A stretch of DNA of 64,000 nt from Bythopirellula sp. GTDB lineage: Bacteria > Planctomycetota > Planctomycetia > Pirellulales > Lacipirellulaceae. Positions 10,693-21,475 of this stretch are shown here, piece after piece. The position numbers were made by a program, and so were the translations under genes. The notes beneath the pieces are model-generated. The model saw only the letters and a list, made by a program, of their open reading frames with translations. It ran no database searches and was not told where the DNA came from. Numbering within the stretch: the first letter of the stretch is position 1; each line of letters opens with the position of its first letter. The stretch covers positions 2,464,001 through 2,528,000 of the forward strand of contig OZ244170.1 of NCBI GenBank assembly GCA_965216565.1, given 5' to 3'.

Positions 10693-11601
10693 TTGAAGAG
10701 AACTGCCATCTACAAATCGACGATCATTTGTTGCTGTCTTGTCTTTGGCATGCTTCATACGCCGTCTTATGCAGCAAGCGTCAGAGAATTTAGGGACTTC
10801 AGTACCCCATTTCTGCCAGGGCGGCTGCATGTCCCGATTGCTGAGGCAGATCCAAACAATCCGCGTCCTTTGATACTCTTTCTTCACGGATTGGGAGAGA
10901 CCGGTAGCAACAACGTTAGTCAAATCGGCAACAACATCAACAATCTGCTGACTGGCGCAAAAATCAACAACGCGTATCTCTATGCCCCGCAAGCTACGAC
11001 CGCAACTTGGAGTTCGTCCCATCGTACATCGTTGGTCATGACAATGATCGATCGCGCAATCGCTGAACACAACGTCGATGAAGAGCGAATCTATGTAACG
11101 GGCCTATCGATGGGGGGCGGGGGGACCTGGAATATGCTCAATCGGTTCTCGGATCGTTTTGCTGCGGGTGTGCCCATTGCCGGGATCAGTCCTGCTTCAG
11201 ATTTTCTGCCCGACAACTTGGTTGAAACACCCATTTGGGCCTTTCATGCTCGAAATGACAACGTTGTTAATAAAAGCAGCAGCCGATCTACCGTAAACAA
11301 CATCTTGCGTGCCGCCGGTGAGCCTTTTCCCCAGTATCCGCCGAGCAACAACAACAGCACAACGTTGGAATTCAGTAGTAGCGCACTTGACCTTAGGTAC
11401 ACCGAATGGCCAACCGGCGGCCATGGCATTTGGAGCCGAGTGTATAACACCAATGCGATGTACGACTGGCTGTTTTCACAGTCCATCGAAACGGGTGTAC
11501 CTGAGCCATCCTCTAGCGTCCTGCTAGTATCCCTGACAGTGTTTGCGACATTCTTCCGCCAGGGTCGCGGCAATCGCAGTGGAATTACCTGCTGCCCCTA
11601 A
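10693..11601 (+). CDS. Secreted esterase/peptidase (alpha/beta hydrolase) with PEP-CTERM
   Basis: Signal peptide, LFLHGLGE, GLSMG nucleophile, GHGIW; VPEPSS plus TM and Arg tail. Confidence 0.85.
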   Translation: MKRTAIYKSTIICCCLVFGMLHTPSYAASVREFRDFSTPFLPGRLHVPIAEADPNNPRPLILFLHGLGETGSNNVSQIGNNINNLLTGAKINNAYLYAPQATTATWSSSHRTSLVMTMIDRAIAEHNVDEERIYVTGLSMGGGGTWNMLNRFSDRFAAGVPIAGISPASDFLPDNLVETPIWAFHARNDNVVNKSSSRSTVNNILRAAGEPFPQYPPSNNNSTTLEFSSSALDLRYTEWPTGGHGIWSRVYNTNAMYDWLFSQSIETGVPEPSSSVLLVSLTVFATFFRQGRGNRSGITCCP

Positions 11602-12605
11602 CTCCAGCTCAATGCCAATCGGCCCTCGAGCATTTCAGCACGAATATTTCCAGGCAGATTTAAGACTTCTGGATTCGTACCGAGTTGGGCTAGTCGTCGC
11701 CACCATTCGAATGTCATCGCTTGTTCGGGAAGATCTGCATCTCGCCATACCATTCGCAGTGCTTCGCAAACGATCACTGAGGATTGGTCGTTCCAAGGCT
11801 CACAATCCATTGAAACAGCTTGTGCGCCATGCTTCACGTCGCATCGCCGAAGCAGCTCTTGAGCCTGTTGTTCAACGACTTTGTGCGAATCCTGGGACTG
11901 AGATGCCAGCCTAAGCAAGACCGCATTGATTTCCTGATTGTACTGTTCTCGCAACAAAGGCAGCAGTTCGTGCCGAATGCGATTGCGGGTAAACTGGTCG
12001 CTGAAATTGCTTTGATCCGTGCAAAATGGCTGCTGAAGGCTCTCTAAATATGATTCTATCTCAACGCGTCTACAACTTAGTAGAGGACGCACCACCGTGA
12101 GACTAGGCGTCAGCGGGCGTGAGGCAGGAATGCCACTTAGTCCACGTAGTCCCGATCCGCGCAGAATCCGCATCAGCACAGTCTCGACCTGATCGTCCTC
12201 GGTGTGGGCGGTTACCAGATACCTGGCCCCTCGATCCTCAGCAGCAGTGGTGAGCAATTGGTAGCGTTGCGAACGAGCTGCCGCCTCGATGCCATCTCGC
12301 ACGGCTTCCGATTCGCCTAGTGTATCGGCATGGAGAATGCTCAGAGGTACCTCGAGCTCTTGGCAAAACTCCGCACACCAGTTCTCGTCGGCCTTTGATC
12401 GTTCACCGCGCAGATTGTGATTGACATGGGCCGCACTTACGATCCCTCTTCCGCCTGATTGTTTCTTGAGCTCTACCAACCCTCGCAATAACGCCACGCT
12501 ATCGGCACCACCAGATAGCGCAATAGTTACATGGACGTTTCGCCACATCTCGACAGGCCAACAATCCGCGAGATGCTGCAGCAGAGAATGCGAATTGTTT
12601 ACCAC
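11598..12605 (-). CDS. tilS: tRNA(Ile)-lysidine synthetase
   Basis: SGGADS, HVNHNLRG, EAAAR, AHTEDDQVET, RPLL and RNRIRH motifs. Confidence 0.95.
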   Translation of the reverse strand: MVNNSHSLLQHLADCWPVEMWRNVHVTIALSGGADSVALLRGLVELKKQSGGRGIVSAAHVNHNLRGERSKADENWCAEFCQELEVPLSILHADTLGESEAVRDGIEAAARSQRYQLLTTAAEDRGARYLVTAHTEDDQVETVLMRILRGSGLRGLSGIPASRPLTPSLTVVRPLLSCRRVEIESYLESLQQPFCTDQSNFSDQFTRNRIRHELLPLLREQYNQEINAVLLRLASQSQDSHKVVEQQAQELLRRCDVKHGAQAVSMDCEPWNDQSSVIVCEALRMVWRDADLPEQAMTFEWWRRLAQLGTNPEVLNLPGNIRAEMLEGRLALSWS

Positions 12606-13526
12606 GGTTAGGTCAACTATGTGAAATGTGGGCTCTGGGAGAATTTACCCATGGAAGTTGTTAGCCAATGCCACCGCATATTCTATGCAATCTGCCTTCT
12701 GAAGCTCTCTGCAGAATAGATGTAAAGTCAATGCTCAGTTCGGGTTGTAGGTTCCGGCGGTTTTGATACCATAGATAATCGCAAGGGAATTGGCTGCTGC
12801 CTCATCCTAATGGATATTGTCAGCGCGGCTAATCTATCCCTGGCGTATTCCTCCCCATTAAATTTAGAGACTACGTGACTCGTTACCAGGGTGCCAATAA
12901 TGGCAACTTGCACGAGAGCACCGTGTGATACGTGTTTGTTGCCGAGCGATCGCTATCGAAAACTCGGTTGAATTGTGGGTATTCGGATATTCAACAATGA
13001 TAATCGTTTGGTTAGCTCTGTTTTTTGCCATGGCGAGGTGCCTGCTTGGCGGGGTTGGGCTGTCGGCCTGCCGCCGCTTAGTGACTCCGTCTGCCAAAGA
13101 ACGTACTGTTGATGACTTCCGAATAAGTAGTGCCGTCCAAGAATGGCTACGATTGTTACGCTTTCCAGACATCCCGTTGATGGTTACCAGAACTTTCGTA
13201 GTCAAGCATTGGTGGACTTCCGGTGCCGCTTGCAGCGTTGTCCATCGAGATCGATCTAGAATGAGTTGGCCGTTGGCCAAGATTGACTAGTTCGTTCCTC
13301 GGATTAAGCCACTTCGCGACCAAGAATGTTGCTCACCACTCACGTACCATGCGTTTGGTGTCGTCTGCAGATATCAGACATGCCTATCGCTCTCTCGGCC
13401 GGTTGCCGCAAACGCTCTGCTGTGACCAGGGTTTCGTCACTTCGCGAGAATTATCGCGGCCCTAAATCGACGAGTCCGTAGACCTATATATAAAGTTTAC
13501 GCAATCGCCTACCGGGAGGATTCCCC

Positions 13527-15125
13527 ATGGGATCGTCGATCTCGCTATATTCGGCCGCCACCGTTCTGCTGGCGGATCTTGGTTTTCTGGAGTTCTCATT
13601 CATCGTGGTCGCAACACTTGCGGGTATGGTCGCAGTGAAAGGCTTGGACCGACTTCGCCGACGCGATGCCGAGAAAGAGGCAGCGCGCATCGTTGAAAAT
13701 GCAGAAAAAGAGATTGCGGCAAAGCGAAAAGAGTCTGCCGTGGAGGCCAAAGAATTGGCACTAAAGGAAAAGGACCGCCTCGAACGAGAAAACAACGAAA
13801 TTCGACAACAATTGCACGAGCGAGAGCGACAACTCGACAAAACCGAAGATGCCGTCAGTCAGCGGAGCGACCAGCTTGAAAAGCAGGAAAAAATGGTCGA
13901 AAACAACCAACGCCGGTTGGCCGAAAAGCTTGAAGACGCCAATCGACGGCAAAAGGAACTTGATGACTTGCTCGATCTCGAGCGGCAAACCATGCACCAA
14001 CTTAGCGGCCTGAGCCCGCAAGACGCCGAGACGAAGCTATTGGAGCGATTAGAGAAAGAACTTGTCAAAGAGCAAGGTGCTCTCATTCTGAAGCACGAGA
14101 AGCAAATCGCCGAGCAATGCGATGCCAAAGCCAAGGAAATGCTCATCACTTCCGTTCAACGCTTTTCGGCGGCTCACACGGCGGAATCAACCACCAGTAC
14201 CGTCGATATTCCCAACGACGAGATGAAAGGACGCATTATCGGTCGCGAAGGACGAAATATTCGCTCCCTCGAGAAGGCGACCGGCGTCGACGTCATCATT
14301 GATGACACACCTGGCGTCGTGATCGTGAGCGCCTTCGACCCGATTCGGCGTGAGATCGCTCGAATTTCCTTGAATAAGCTCATTGCCGATGGCAGGATCC
14401 ATCCCTCGCGAATCGAAGAACTAGTTGCTGAGACAGAAAAAGAAGTCGAGAAAGAGATTCGCAAGCATGGCGAAGAGGCCATGCAAGAGGCACAGGTTTT
14501 TGGCCTGCACCAACGTGTTGTCGAGTTGCTAGGCCGGCTGAAGTATCGCACCAGTTATAGCCAGAACGTCCTGCGGCACTCGATTGAGGTGGCCTTTATT
14601 ACCAGTATGATCGCTGAGGAAATGGGTCTCGATGGTGAATTGGCACGACGGGCCGGTTTGTTGCACGATATTGGTAAGGCGGCTGACCACGATCTTGAAG
14701 GGGGTCACCCGAAAATCGGGGCCGATCTGTTGAAACGGTTCGGCGAAGGCCCCGAAGTGGTTCATGCCGCCCTGGGCCATCACGATGATATTCGTCCCGA
14801 GATGCCATATACTGTGATTTGTGCGGCTGCAGACGCTTGTAGCGCTTCGCGGCCTGGGGCTCGTCGCGAAACACTCGACCGCTATATCAAGCGAATGCAG
14901 GAGCTGGAATCGATTGCCTCTGGATTTGATGGCGTTCAACAGGCCTTTGCTATTCAGGCGGGTCGAGAGGTTCGCGTCATTGCCAGCTCGCATAACACCA
15001 CTGACGAATCCTCGGCAAAAATTTGTCGCGACATCGCCCGAGCATTCGAAGAGCAACTAACCTATCCGGGTGAGATCAAAGTAACCTTGATTCGCGAAAC
15101 GCGCGTCACCGAGACCGCTCACTAA
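13527..15125 (+). CDS. rny: Ribonuclease Y
   Basis: TM helix, coiled coil, KH domain ([13 protein letters not shown]) and HD domain (LLHDIGK). Confidence 0.97.
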   Translation: MGSSISLYSAATVLLADLGFLEFSFIVVATLAGMVAVKGLDRLRRRDAEKEAARIVENAEKEIAAKRKESAVEAKELALKEKDRLERENNEIRQQLHERERQLDKTEDAVSQRSDQLEKQEKMVENNQRRLAEKLEDANRRQKELDDLLDLERQTMHQLSGLSPQDAETKLLERLEKELVKEQGALILKHEKQIAEQCDAKAKEMLITSVQRFSAAHTAESTTSTVDIPNDEMKGRIIGREGRNIRSLEKATGVDVIIDDTPGVVIVSAFDPIRREIARISLNKLIADGRIHPSRIEELVAETEKEVEKEIRKHGEEAMQEAQVFGLHQRVVELLGRLKYRTSYSQNVLRHSIEVAFITSMIAEEMGLDGELARRAGLLHDIGKAADHDLEGGHPKIGADLLKRFGEGPEVVHAALGHHDDIRPEMPYTVICAAADACSASRPGARRETLDRYIKRMQELESIASGFDGVQQAFAIQAGREVRVIASSHNTTDESSAKICRDIARAFEEQLTYPGEIKVTLIRETRVTETAH

Positions 15126-15175
15126 CTTTGGCTCCGTTTTCACCACTATGATTTCCAACTAGCTGCGTTGATTCT

Positions 15176-16012
15176 GTGAAACTACTGTTCATCGGCGATA
15201 TTGTTGGGCGACCCGGGCGAGACATCGTTGTCAGTGCTGTGCCGGGACTGAAAATCAAGCATCAACTCGATCTGGTGATCGCCAATGCGGAGAACGCGGC
15301 GGGGGGATCGGGGCTGACGCCGGATATCTACAAACAACTGGTCGCGGCGGGGGTCGATGCGATTACCTTGGGCGATCATGTCTATCGCCGTAAAGAAATC
15401 TATTCGGTGCTGCAGAATAAGGACAATATCGTCCGTCCCGCGAATCTCCCGGAGGAGGCGGTTGGCCGACAGTGGACTTTGGTCTACGGGAAATGCGGCA
15501 CGCCGGTGGCGATTTTTTGCCTGTTGGGGCAGCTCTATATGAAGCCGATCGATAGTCCCTTTTTGGCAGCTGATCGGGTGGTTGCGGAGATTCCTTCGGA
15601 AGTGAAGGTCCGATTCCTCGATTTTCACGCCGAAGCCACTAGCGAAGCCCAACTGGTGGGGCGGCATTTGGACGGCAAAGTCTCTGCGGTTCTGGGAACG
15701 CATACGCATGTGCCCACGGCGGATGAGTGTATTTTGCCGGGGGGCACGGCTTTTCAATGCGATGTCGGTATGACCGGTCCGTTTGAGAGCATCATCGGTC
15801 GCCGGGTCGATCGGGTCCTCGAAACCCGGCTCACGGCCAATCCCACGCAGTTCGAGGTCGCCCTTCAAGACGTCCGCATCAGTGGGACGATCGTAGAAAT
15901 CGACGTCGAAACTGGCCAGGCCCTACGAATCGAGCGGATTTGCGTCCGCGAGGACGAAATCGAAGATCTTGTGTCGCTCGCTGCTAGCGACACTACATCT
16001 TGTGGAAATTGA
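15176..16012 (+). CDS. ymdB: YmdB/TIGR00282 metallophosphoesterase
   Basis: GDIVGRPGR, NAENAAGG, DFHAEATSE and GTHTHV motifs; follows rny. Confidence 0.92.
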   Translation: MKLLFIGDIVGRPGRDIVVSAVPGLKIKHQLDLVIANAENAAGGSGLTPDIYKQLVAAGVDAITLGDHVYRRKEIYSVLQNKDNIVRPANLPEEAVGRQWTLVYGKCGTPVAIFCLLGQLYMKPIDSPFLAADRVVAEIPSEVKVRFLDFHAEATSEAQLVGRHLDGKVSAVLGTHTHVPTADECILPGGTAFQCDVGMTGPFESIIGRRVDRVLETRLTANPTQFEVALQDVRISGTIVEIDVETGQALRIERICVREDEIEDLVSLAASDTTSCGN

Positions 16013-16074
16013 ATTCGCCTTGCCGCGTTTTTTGCAATTAGCTACCGTTCGCCGCACTTTTCGAGGGACTTCGT

Positions 16075-16551
16075 GTGACTTCGCCACCGTTGGAAAGTCG
16101 GCCTAACCAACCGGCGACGAACCAAGCGGACCGTCGGGCGAGCGTTTCGCCAGGTATGCGGATTGCCTTGGGATGTGCGGCAGTGGGCGCCGTCCTACTG
16201 TTGGCGACGGCTCGCACTTTGGAGCCCGACCCACGTGGTTACGGCACGCACGAACAGTTGGGACTTTCCCCCTGTTTGTTCCAAACGTGGACCGGTTACG
16301 ATTGTCCCGCCTGCGGGGCAACCACTGCTTGGGCGTACGCAACGCGGGGACAAATGCGGGCAGCGTTTGCCGCCAACGGCGGTGGAACTTTGCTGGCACT
16401 CGCGGTGCCAATTGTTGCTTGTTGGTTGCTGGTAGTTGTAGCAAAAGGACAGTGGCTGATTGTTCGGCCAACGTTGCCGATGGTGCTCACCATAGGCACG
16501 GCCATGATGGTCGTACTCCTGGTGGACTGGTGCCGGCGAATGCTGTTGTGA
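16075..16551 (+). CDS. DUF2752-like membrane protein
   Basis: GTHEQLGLSPCLF...CPACGATT motif and TM helices. Confidence 0.8.
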   Translation: MTSPPLESRPNQPATNQADRRASVSPGMRIALGCAAVGAVLLLATARTLEPDPRGYGTHEQLGLSPCLFQTWTGYDCPACGATTAWAYATRGQMRAAFAANGGGTLLALAVPIVACWLLVVVAKGQWLIVRPTLPMVLTIGTAMMVVLLVDWCRRMLL

Positions 16552-16656
16552 TTTGGGATTTCGGATCGGGCAGTGCTCAACACTGCATTAGATTCTAATC
16601 TAAGACAACGGCCTACCAAAAATTAGACGCTAAAACTTTTTTGAAATAAGGGAAGA

Positions 16657-17325
16657 ATGATGGATCGCTCTCCCAGCATGACTCGTACTTTTTCGCTCTT
16701 GGTTGTGATGACTATCCTGTTGGGCTCGTCCACCGGATGTTTGCACTCCATCCTGGCCACCGGCATTTACCTCTGGCAAGGTGGCGATGTTGTTCCTGCT
16801 CAGTGCGATGCTTTGGAAGGCGAGCGTGTGGTGGTCATTTGCCGCCCGCCGTCGTCGCACGAATACCGTCATGCCGGCGCCGCCCGCGAAATCGGCAAGC
16901 GCGTCAGCTATCTGCTGCGAGAAAACGTGCCTCGCATCGATGTCGTGAGCCCCGACGAAGTCGACAACTGGATCGACGAACAAGACTGGGACAACTACAA
17001 AGATCTCGGCCGCGCGGTGAAAGCTACCCGAGTCGTGTACATCGAGTTGGACAATTTCGATTTATACAAAGGCTCGACCCTGTACCAAGGCGATGCGGAA
17101 GTCGTGATCAAAGTCTACGACATGGAAGACAAAGGCCACGAGGTCTTTGAGCGCAACGTCGGTCAGATCCTGTTCCCCCGAAACAGCGGTATCCCCGCTT
17201 CGGACAAGTCGATTCATCAGTTCCAAAGCCAATTTGTGAACGTCGTCTCAACACAGCTGGGCACGCTGTTTTACAAGCACGACCCGAATGCCTCCTTCGC
17301 GCTGGATGCGGTGGCGAATAGGTAG
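16657..17325 (+). CDS. Hypothetical lipoprotein
   Basis: Signal peptide ending STGC; host-like codon usage. Confidence 0.7.
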   Translation: MMDRSPSMTRTFSLLVVMTILLGSSTGCLHSILATGIYLWQGGDVVPAQCDALEGERVVVICRPPSSHEYRHAGAAREIGKRVSYLLRENVPRIDVVSPDEVDNWIDEQDWDNYKDLGRAVKATRVVYIELDNFDLYKGSTLYQGDAEVVIKVYDMEDKGHEVFERNVGQILFPRNSGIPASDKSIHQFQSQFVNVVSTQLGTLFYKHDPNASFALDAVANR

Positions 17326-17326
17326 G

Positions 17327-17416
17327 GAGGCTTTGAGGCTTTGAGGCTTTGAGGCTTTGAGGCTTTGAGGCTTTGAGGCTGGAGGCTGGAGGCTGGAGGC
17401 TGGAGGCTGGAGGCTG
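17327..17416. repeat. Compound tandem repeat (GAGGCTTT)6(GAGGCTG)6
   Basis: Read directly from the sequence. Confidence 0.95.
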
Positions 17417-17703
17417 GAGGCTTCGAGGTTGGGGGCTTCAACGTTCTTGGCTGTCCGCTGTTCGCTATTGGCTCTCAACATCACGACATAGTCATCCCGA
17501 GGTCTGCCGAGGGATCTGGTTGGCGCTCTCGCTAGGGTTGCCAAAGTCAGACTGCCGGCGCTGGCGACAGGCCGAAAGGTATGTGCCTTGATTGGTTTGT
17601 ACTGTATCAAGAGGTCTGGAATGATAACAAAATATTGCGGCTAATCATTCAGGCGGATGCCTAGTCAGATTCAGCAACAGTCGCCTTGAGCGGAGAAAAT
17701 CGA

Positions 17704-18627
17704 ATGTTCAGGCTCGGAATTCTACTACTCTTGGCATTGCCTTCTGCTCTTATTCCATCAGTAGTTTACTGCGAGGAAGTTTCGAAGGCTAAGCAATCGT
17801 TCGATTGGCCATCACCAAAGACGGTTAAGATCTCAGAGTTAGCATTAAAGAAGGGAAACACCGCAGAGCTCACCTATGAGATCGACTTCCAGCGAGGAAA
17901 AGGACGTGACTACCTGGTTAGCTTGAAGAACCTCACGTTCAAAAAGCTTAATGGATCAGCGGTAACGCCTGAGATTGAGCGCGGTTTACAACCAGCAATC
18001 AACGCATTCAATACGATGCCAACATTCGTCGTCAACGAAACTGGGCGCTTGGCTGATATCGAGGGTATTGAACGATTGGTAAGTGCTACAGGCAACGCTC
18101 TGGCAGTGGATGATAAAACTCTCGATGCCCTAAAATCTAAACAAGCTACGGCACTACTTAAGCACGCTTTATCACAATATTGGACATGTTGGGTTGAAGC
18201 GTGGATCGATTTTGATCTGCCTCCTGGAAGTGAAGTGGAAAGAATGTTTGATCAACCATTACCCGGTGCAGAGGGAGGTAAGCCAATTCGAGGAGTTCGC
18301 AAATGGGAACACCTCGGTCCTGTTGAGGGAAGATCTGGTCTGGTTCACCTTCGTATGGAGGAAACTTTCAAAGACGAATCGCTTACTAAAGCGATCACGG
18401 AACTAATCCACAACTTCGACCAGGCGAATCAAGTCGAGTCTTCTGAGGATTCAGAAGATATGCCCGTAGTCCTTGCCACCTCCTCTATGGAAGTTCAGAT
18501 AGATTTGATGACTCTACGACCTATCTGGGCAAAGCGAACTAAGCACATCCAGGTCAATTCTGACGATCCGCAGTTTGCAAAATTCGAACAGAAAGAATCT
18601 CACGAATACTCTTTCACCTGGAACTAG
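17704..18627 (+). CDS. Secreted hypothetical protein
   Basis: Long ORF with signal peptide MFRLGILLLLALP; more AT-rich than its neighbours. Confidence 0.7.
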   Translation: MFRLGILLLLALPSALIPSVVYCEEVSKAKQSFDWPSPKTVKISELALKKGNTAELTYEIDFQRGKGRDYLVSLKNLTFKKLNGSAVTPEIERGLQPAINAFNTMPTFVVNETGRLADIEGIERLVSATGNALAVDDKTLDALKSKQATALLKHALSQYWTCWVEAWIDFDLPPGSEVERMFDQPLPGAEGGKPIRGVRKWEHLGPVEGRSGLVHLRMEETFKDESLTKAITELIHNFDQANQVESSEDSEDMPVVLATSSMEVQIDLMTLRPIWAKRTKHIQVNSDDPQFAKFEQKESHEYSFTWN

Positions 18628-18633
18628 CAAGCA

Positions 18634-18854
18634 GGGTGCGTGCAACGAAGTGGAACGCACCGCTGGGAAGACCACAAGGGTAGTGCGTGCGCTGTCGCTT
18701 CACGCCCGCTTCTACTATCCGCACAGGGACGCGCCTTGAGTTGCGTGGCAACTCGGCTGGTTTCTCGACTAAGGTCTGAGAACCTATGCACTCGTGAGTG
18801 AGCCGACGGCGCTAGCCGCGGGTAGTGAGTGCGCTGGCGCTTCACGCACGCTAC
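18634..18854. repeat. Cluster of REP-like palindromes
   Basis: GGTGCGT..ACGCACC hairpin; a half copy GTGAGCCGACGGCGCTAGCCGCGGGTAG (18798-18825) matches the repeats at 58084 and 62241. Confidence 0.6.
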
Positions 18855-19089
18855 GATTGCCAAGTGAGTCCAGCACCCGTCGGGGTGGTTGCTATTCCTG
18901 CTGGGCTTGTTTCCTCAGCACTCTCTGCCGCGAGAGAATTGGAAGATGCTGAACACTAACTCTGCTGTGTCAAACTGTCGTGCGGGCTAGGCCAGGCTAT
19001 ATTGTTACGAATCCAGTGCAGTCGGTGGATTGGCAGGTACTACCGGCATTCGAATTGACGTATGCTGGGGTGGAATCGACCGTCTCTGA

Positions 19090-20139
19090 ATGTCCTTTCC
19101 GCTGAGCTTGCCGATGTTTCGATATTTGCTGTTTCCGATCGAAGCTTTGATCTACGGCATTTCGTACGGCTATCTGCAATTCTTGATTCGCTCGCCCCAA
19201 CCTCTCCCAGGAGATCGGACCTGGCTGGTGCTCACTAGAGAGATGCCGCACGGGTTGCAGTGGATTCGTAAGTTCTGGCCATTGCGTCCGCTTCGCTCGC
19301 TGCTAATTGCTGCGAAGATGAAACAGGATCATGCGCTCGGGATTGCAGATCATTACGATGTGTCGAATGAATTCTACGAATTGTTTCTCGACAAGAAGTT
19401 CATGTTTTATACGTGCTCCGACTTCCTCGATCCGGAAGATACGCTGGAAGACGCCCAGCAGCGCAAGGCAGATCACATCTTGGGACTGATCGATCCCAAG
19501 CCGGGGGATAAAATCTTGGAATTGGGTTGCGGTTGGGGGCCCATGCTGAGGCATATTCAGCAGCATACGGGTGACAAGCAGAACCTCCGTGGCATTACGC
19601 TTTCCAAAGAGCAGGCGAAGTACAACAAAGAAAAACACGGCATCGACGTGGAGTTCGGAAACTTCATTACCCGCGACTACCCAGCGGAAGAGTATGACGC
19701 CATTTATTCAATCGGCGCGTGGGAACACGTCCGGCCCGATGATATCCCGCAACTGTTGGAGAAGCTTTATCAGGCGCTGAAGCCGGGCGGTCGGTTGGTG
19801 CAACACTTTTTTTGCCGCATGACTGAGGAATTGCCGGCAGCGGTGGCGGCTTCGCAGATTTACTTTCCAGGCTCGATTGGGTCGAGTTTTCGCTTTCACC
19901 GGGAGCAGCATGAGAAGGCGGGGTTTCTTATTTCACACTGCTCGGTCCACGATTATCGACCGACCTGTCGGGCCTGGTTCGACAATTTAGATGCAGAACG
20001 CGAACGGGCGCTGGAATTGGTCGACGTGCGAACATTTAATCGCTACATGACTTTTTTCTGTGCGTCGTGGCGTTACTTTGATGACTGCACGGGTATCCTT
20101 ACTCGATGGGTGCTTGAGAAACCTGCGGATGAGGCGTGA
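19090..20139 (+). CDS. Cyclopropane-fatty-acyl-phospholipid synthase family SAM methyltransferase
   Basis: HYDVSNEFY, TLEDAQ, LELGCGWG, GITLSKEQ and SIGAWEHV motifs. Confidence 0.88.
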   Translation: MSFPLSLPMFRYLLFPIEALIYGISYGYLQFLIRSPQPLPGDRTWLVLTREMPHGLQWIRKFWPLRPLRSLLIAAKMKQDHALGIADHYDVSNEFYELFLDKKFMFYTCSDFLDPEDTLEDAQQRKADHILGLIDPKPGDKILELGCGWGPMLRHIQQHTGDKQNLRGITLSKEQAKYNKEKHGIDVEFGNFITRDYPAEEYDAIYSIGAWEHVRPDDIPQLLEKLYQALKPGGRLVQHFFCRMTEELPAAVAASQIYFPGSIGSSFRFHREQHEKAGFLISHCSVHDYRPTCRAWFDNLDAERERALELVDVRTFNRYMTFFCASWRYFDDCTGILTRWVLEKPADEA

Positions 20140-20630
20140 GGGGCAGGGGGCTAGTGGTCACTGTGCCATCGTTGTGGGACCCGATAGCCAGTGTTCTATT
20201 GAGCGTGGTAACTCAATTTTGTAAAGTTCGCCTGATAACTCTTCTGTTTTTGCGAAAAACCAGATAACATACGCGGACCTCTGCAAACCATTCTGTGGAT
20301 TCGCTAATGCAGCCACTTCGGTAGCTTCTCGACTTGTCGTTGGAATTGGCCTGTTCAACGGGCATGGATCATGTATCTAGTCACTTCGGATTAGATTCGG
20401 TCAGAGCCCACTTTTTTGTCTCGTGGGCCTGCATGGATGCTTCTCATCGAACAGCTACTTTCTAGTGAAACTGGGGACGTACTTTGTCAGCTGCTTGCTG
20501 GCTGATGCCTTGTCTTGCTGTTTTCAGCAGTGAGTCCGTTTTCTGTTGGCTATCACCATTGCGTACTTCATCGTCGCAATCACCCAGAACTGTTTCTTTT
20601 AGCCCACTACTATTTCTATGGAGTAATCTA

Positions 20631-21293
20631 ATGACTTCGAAAATCCCGATGCTTTTCTCACTAGTTCTACTGTGTGTGCTTGCTGTCCCTTGTGAAGCAG
20701 TGCCTCTCGGAATGTTTTTGAAAGTGGACGGCATCGACGGCGATTCCGAACAAATCAGGAGTTACAGCGATATCCTCGGATTCGAAATCGGTGTGAGGTT
20801 TGAACAAGGGTTAACGAGAAGAGGCGAGACTATATTCTCCGATATGAAGGTTTCTAAGATTGTCGACTCTGCTTCTCCAGTGTTTTTCGGAAACTTGTTA
20901 CTAGGCAAGGTCGCGCCGAATGCCATGGTCGATGTTAGAAGAACCAACGATGATAAATTAGTCCCCTACGTGCTTTGGGAATTCGAGAACGTCCTTATGA
21001 CCTTGTACGAAACTGGCGCGGATGTCCCCGACGAAGAGGTTGCCGAGATGGTTGCGTTCAATTTCGAAAAGGTAAAGTATTCCTTTTATCCACCTCAACC
21101 CGATGGCTCTGCGGGGACTCCTGTATCGTTTGAATGGAATTTAGAAACCGGCACAACATCAATCACGGGCAATTTGAGTGATTTGCAATTCATCACGAAC
21201 GCTGGAGTGGCTGTCCCCGAGCCGACCACACTCACCATGTCGGCAACGGTGATGATCGGGGGACTTGCAGCGCGACGCCGGCGAAACTGCTAA
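20631..21293 (+). CDS. Hcp (T6SS tube)-like domain protein with signal peptide and PEP-CTERM
   Basis: MFLKVDGIDGDS, FSDMKVSKIVDSASP and EMVAFNFEKVKY resemble Hcp; VPEPTT tail; GGAG RBS before ATG 20631. Confidence 0.8.
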   Translation: MTSKIPMLFSLVLLCVLAVPCEAVPLGMFLKVDGIDGDSEQIRSYSDILGFEIGVRFEQGLTRRGETIFSDMKVSKIVDSASPVFFGNLLLGKVAPNAMVDVRRTNDDKLVPYVLWEFENVLMTLYETGADVPDEEVAEMVAFNFEKVKYSFYPPQPDGSAGTPVSFEWNLETGTTSITGNLSDLQFITNAGVAVPEPTTLTMSATVMIGGLAARRRRNC

Positions 21294-21316
21294 GAGGAAA
21301 ATAGGTTGTATCTAAT

Positions 21317-21358
21317 GGGCGGGAGCTGCTGAGAATCAACCCTCAGCAGACCCCGCCC
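21317..21358. terminator. Hairpin between convergent genes
   Basis: GGGCGGGAGCTGCTGAG / CTCAGCAGACCCCGCCC imperfect stem. Confidence 0.5.
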
Positions 21359-21475
21359 GTTTAAATTAGTATCACAGGAGTTAATTCTCGCTTGAAGCGA
21401 AAACGCTGTGGCTGCGCGATTTGGAACGTGCGGCTCTTCGGTTCCTCTAACTCCGTGGTCAACTACCTCGTCGGC

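Noticed and set aside
12606..13526. About 900-bp gap upstream of rny: possible 6S RNA or small gene
   Set aside because: I could not identify a 6S-like rod structure, and the ORFs here resemble no family I recognise. It needs cmscan; it may be a decayed gene.
17248..17610. ORFs with LEAGGWR / SLQPPAS repeats
   Set aside because: These are translations of the microsatellite.
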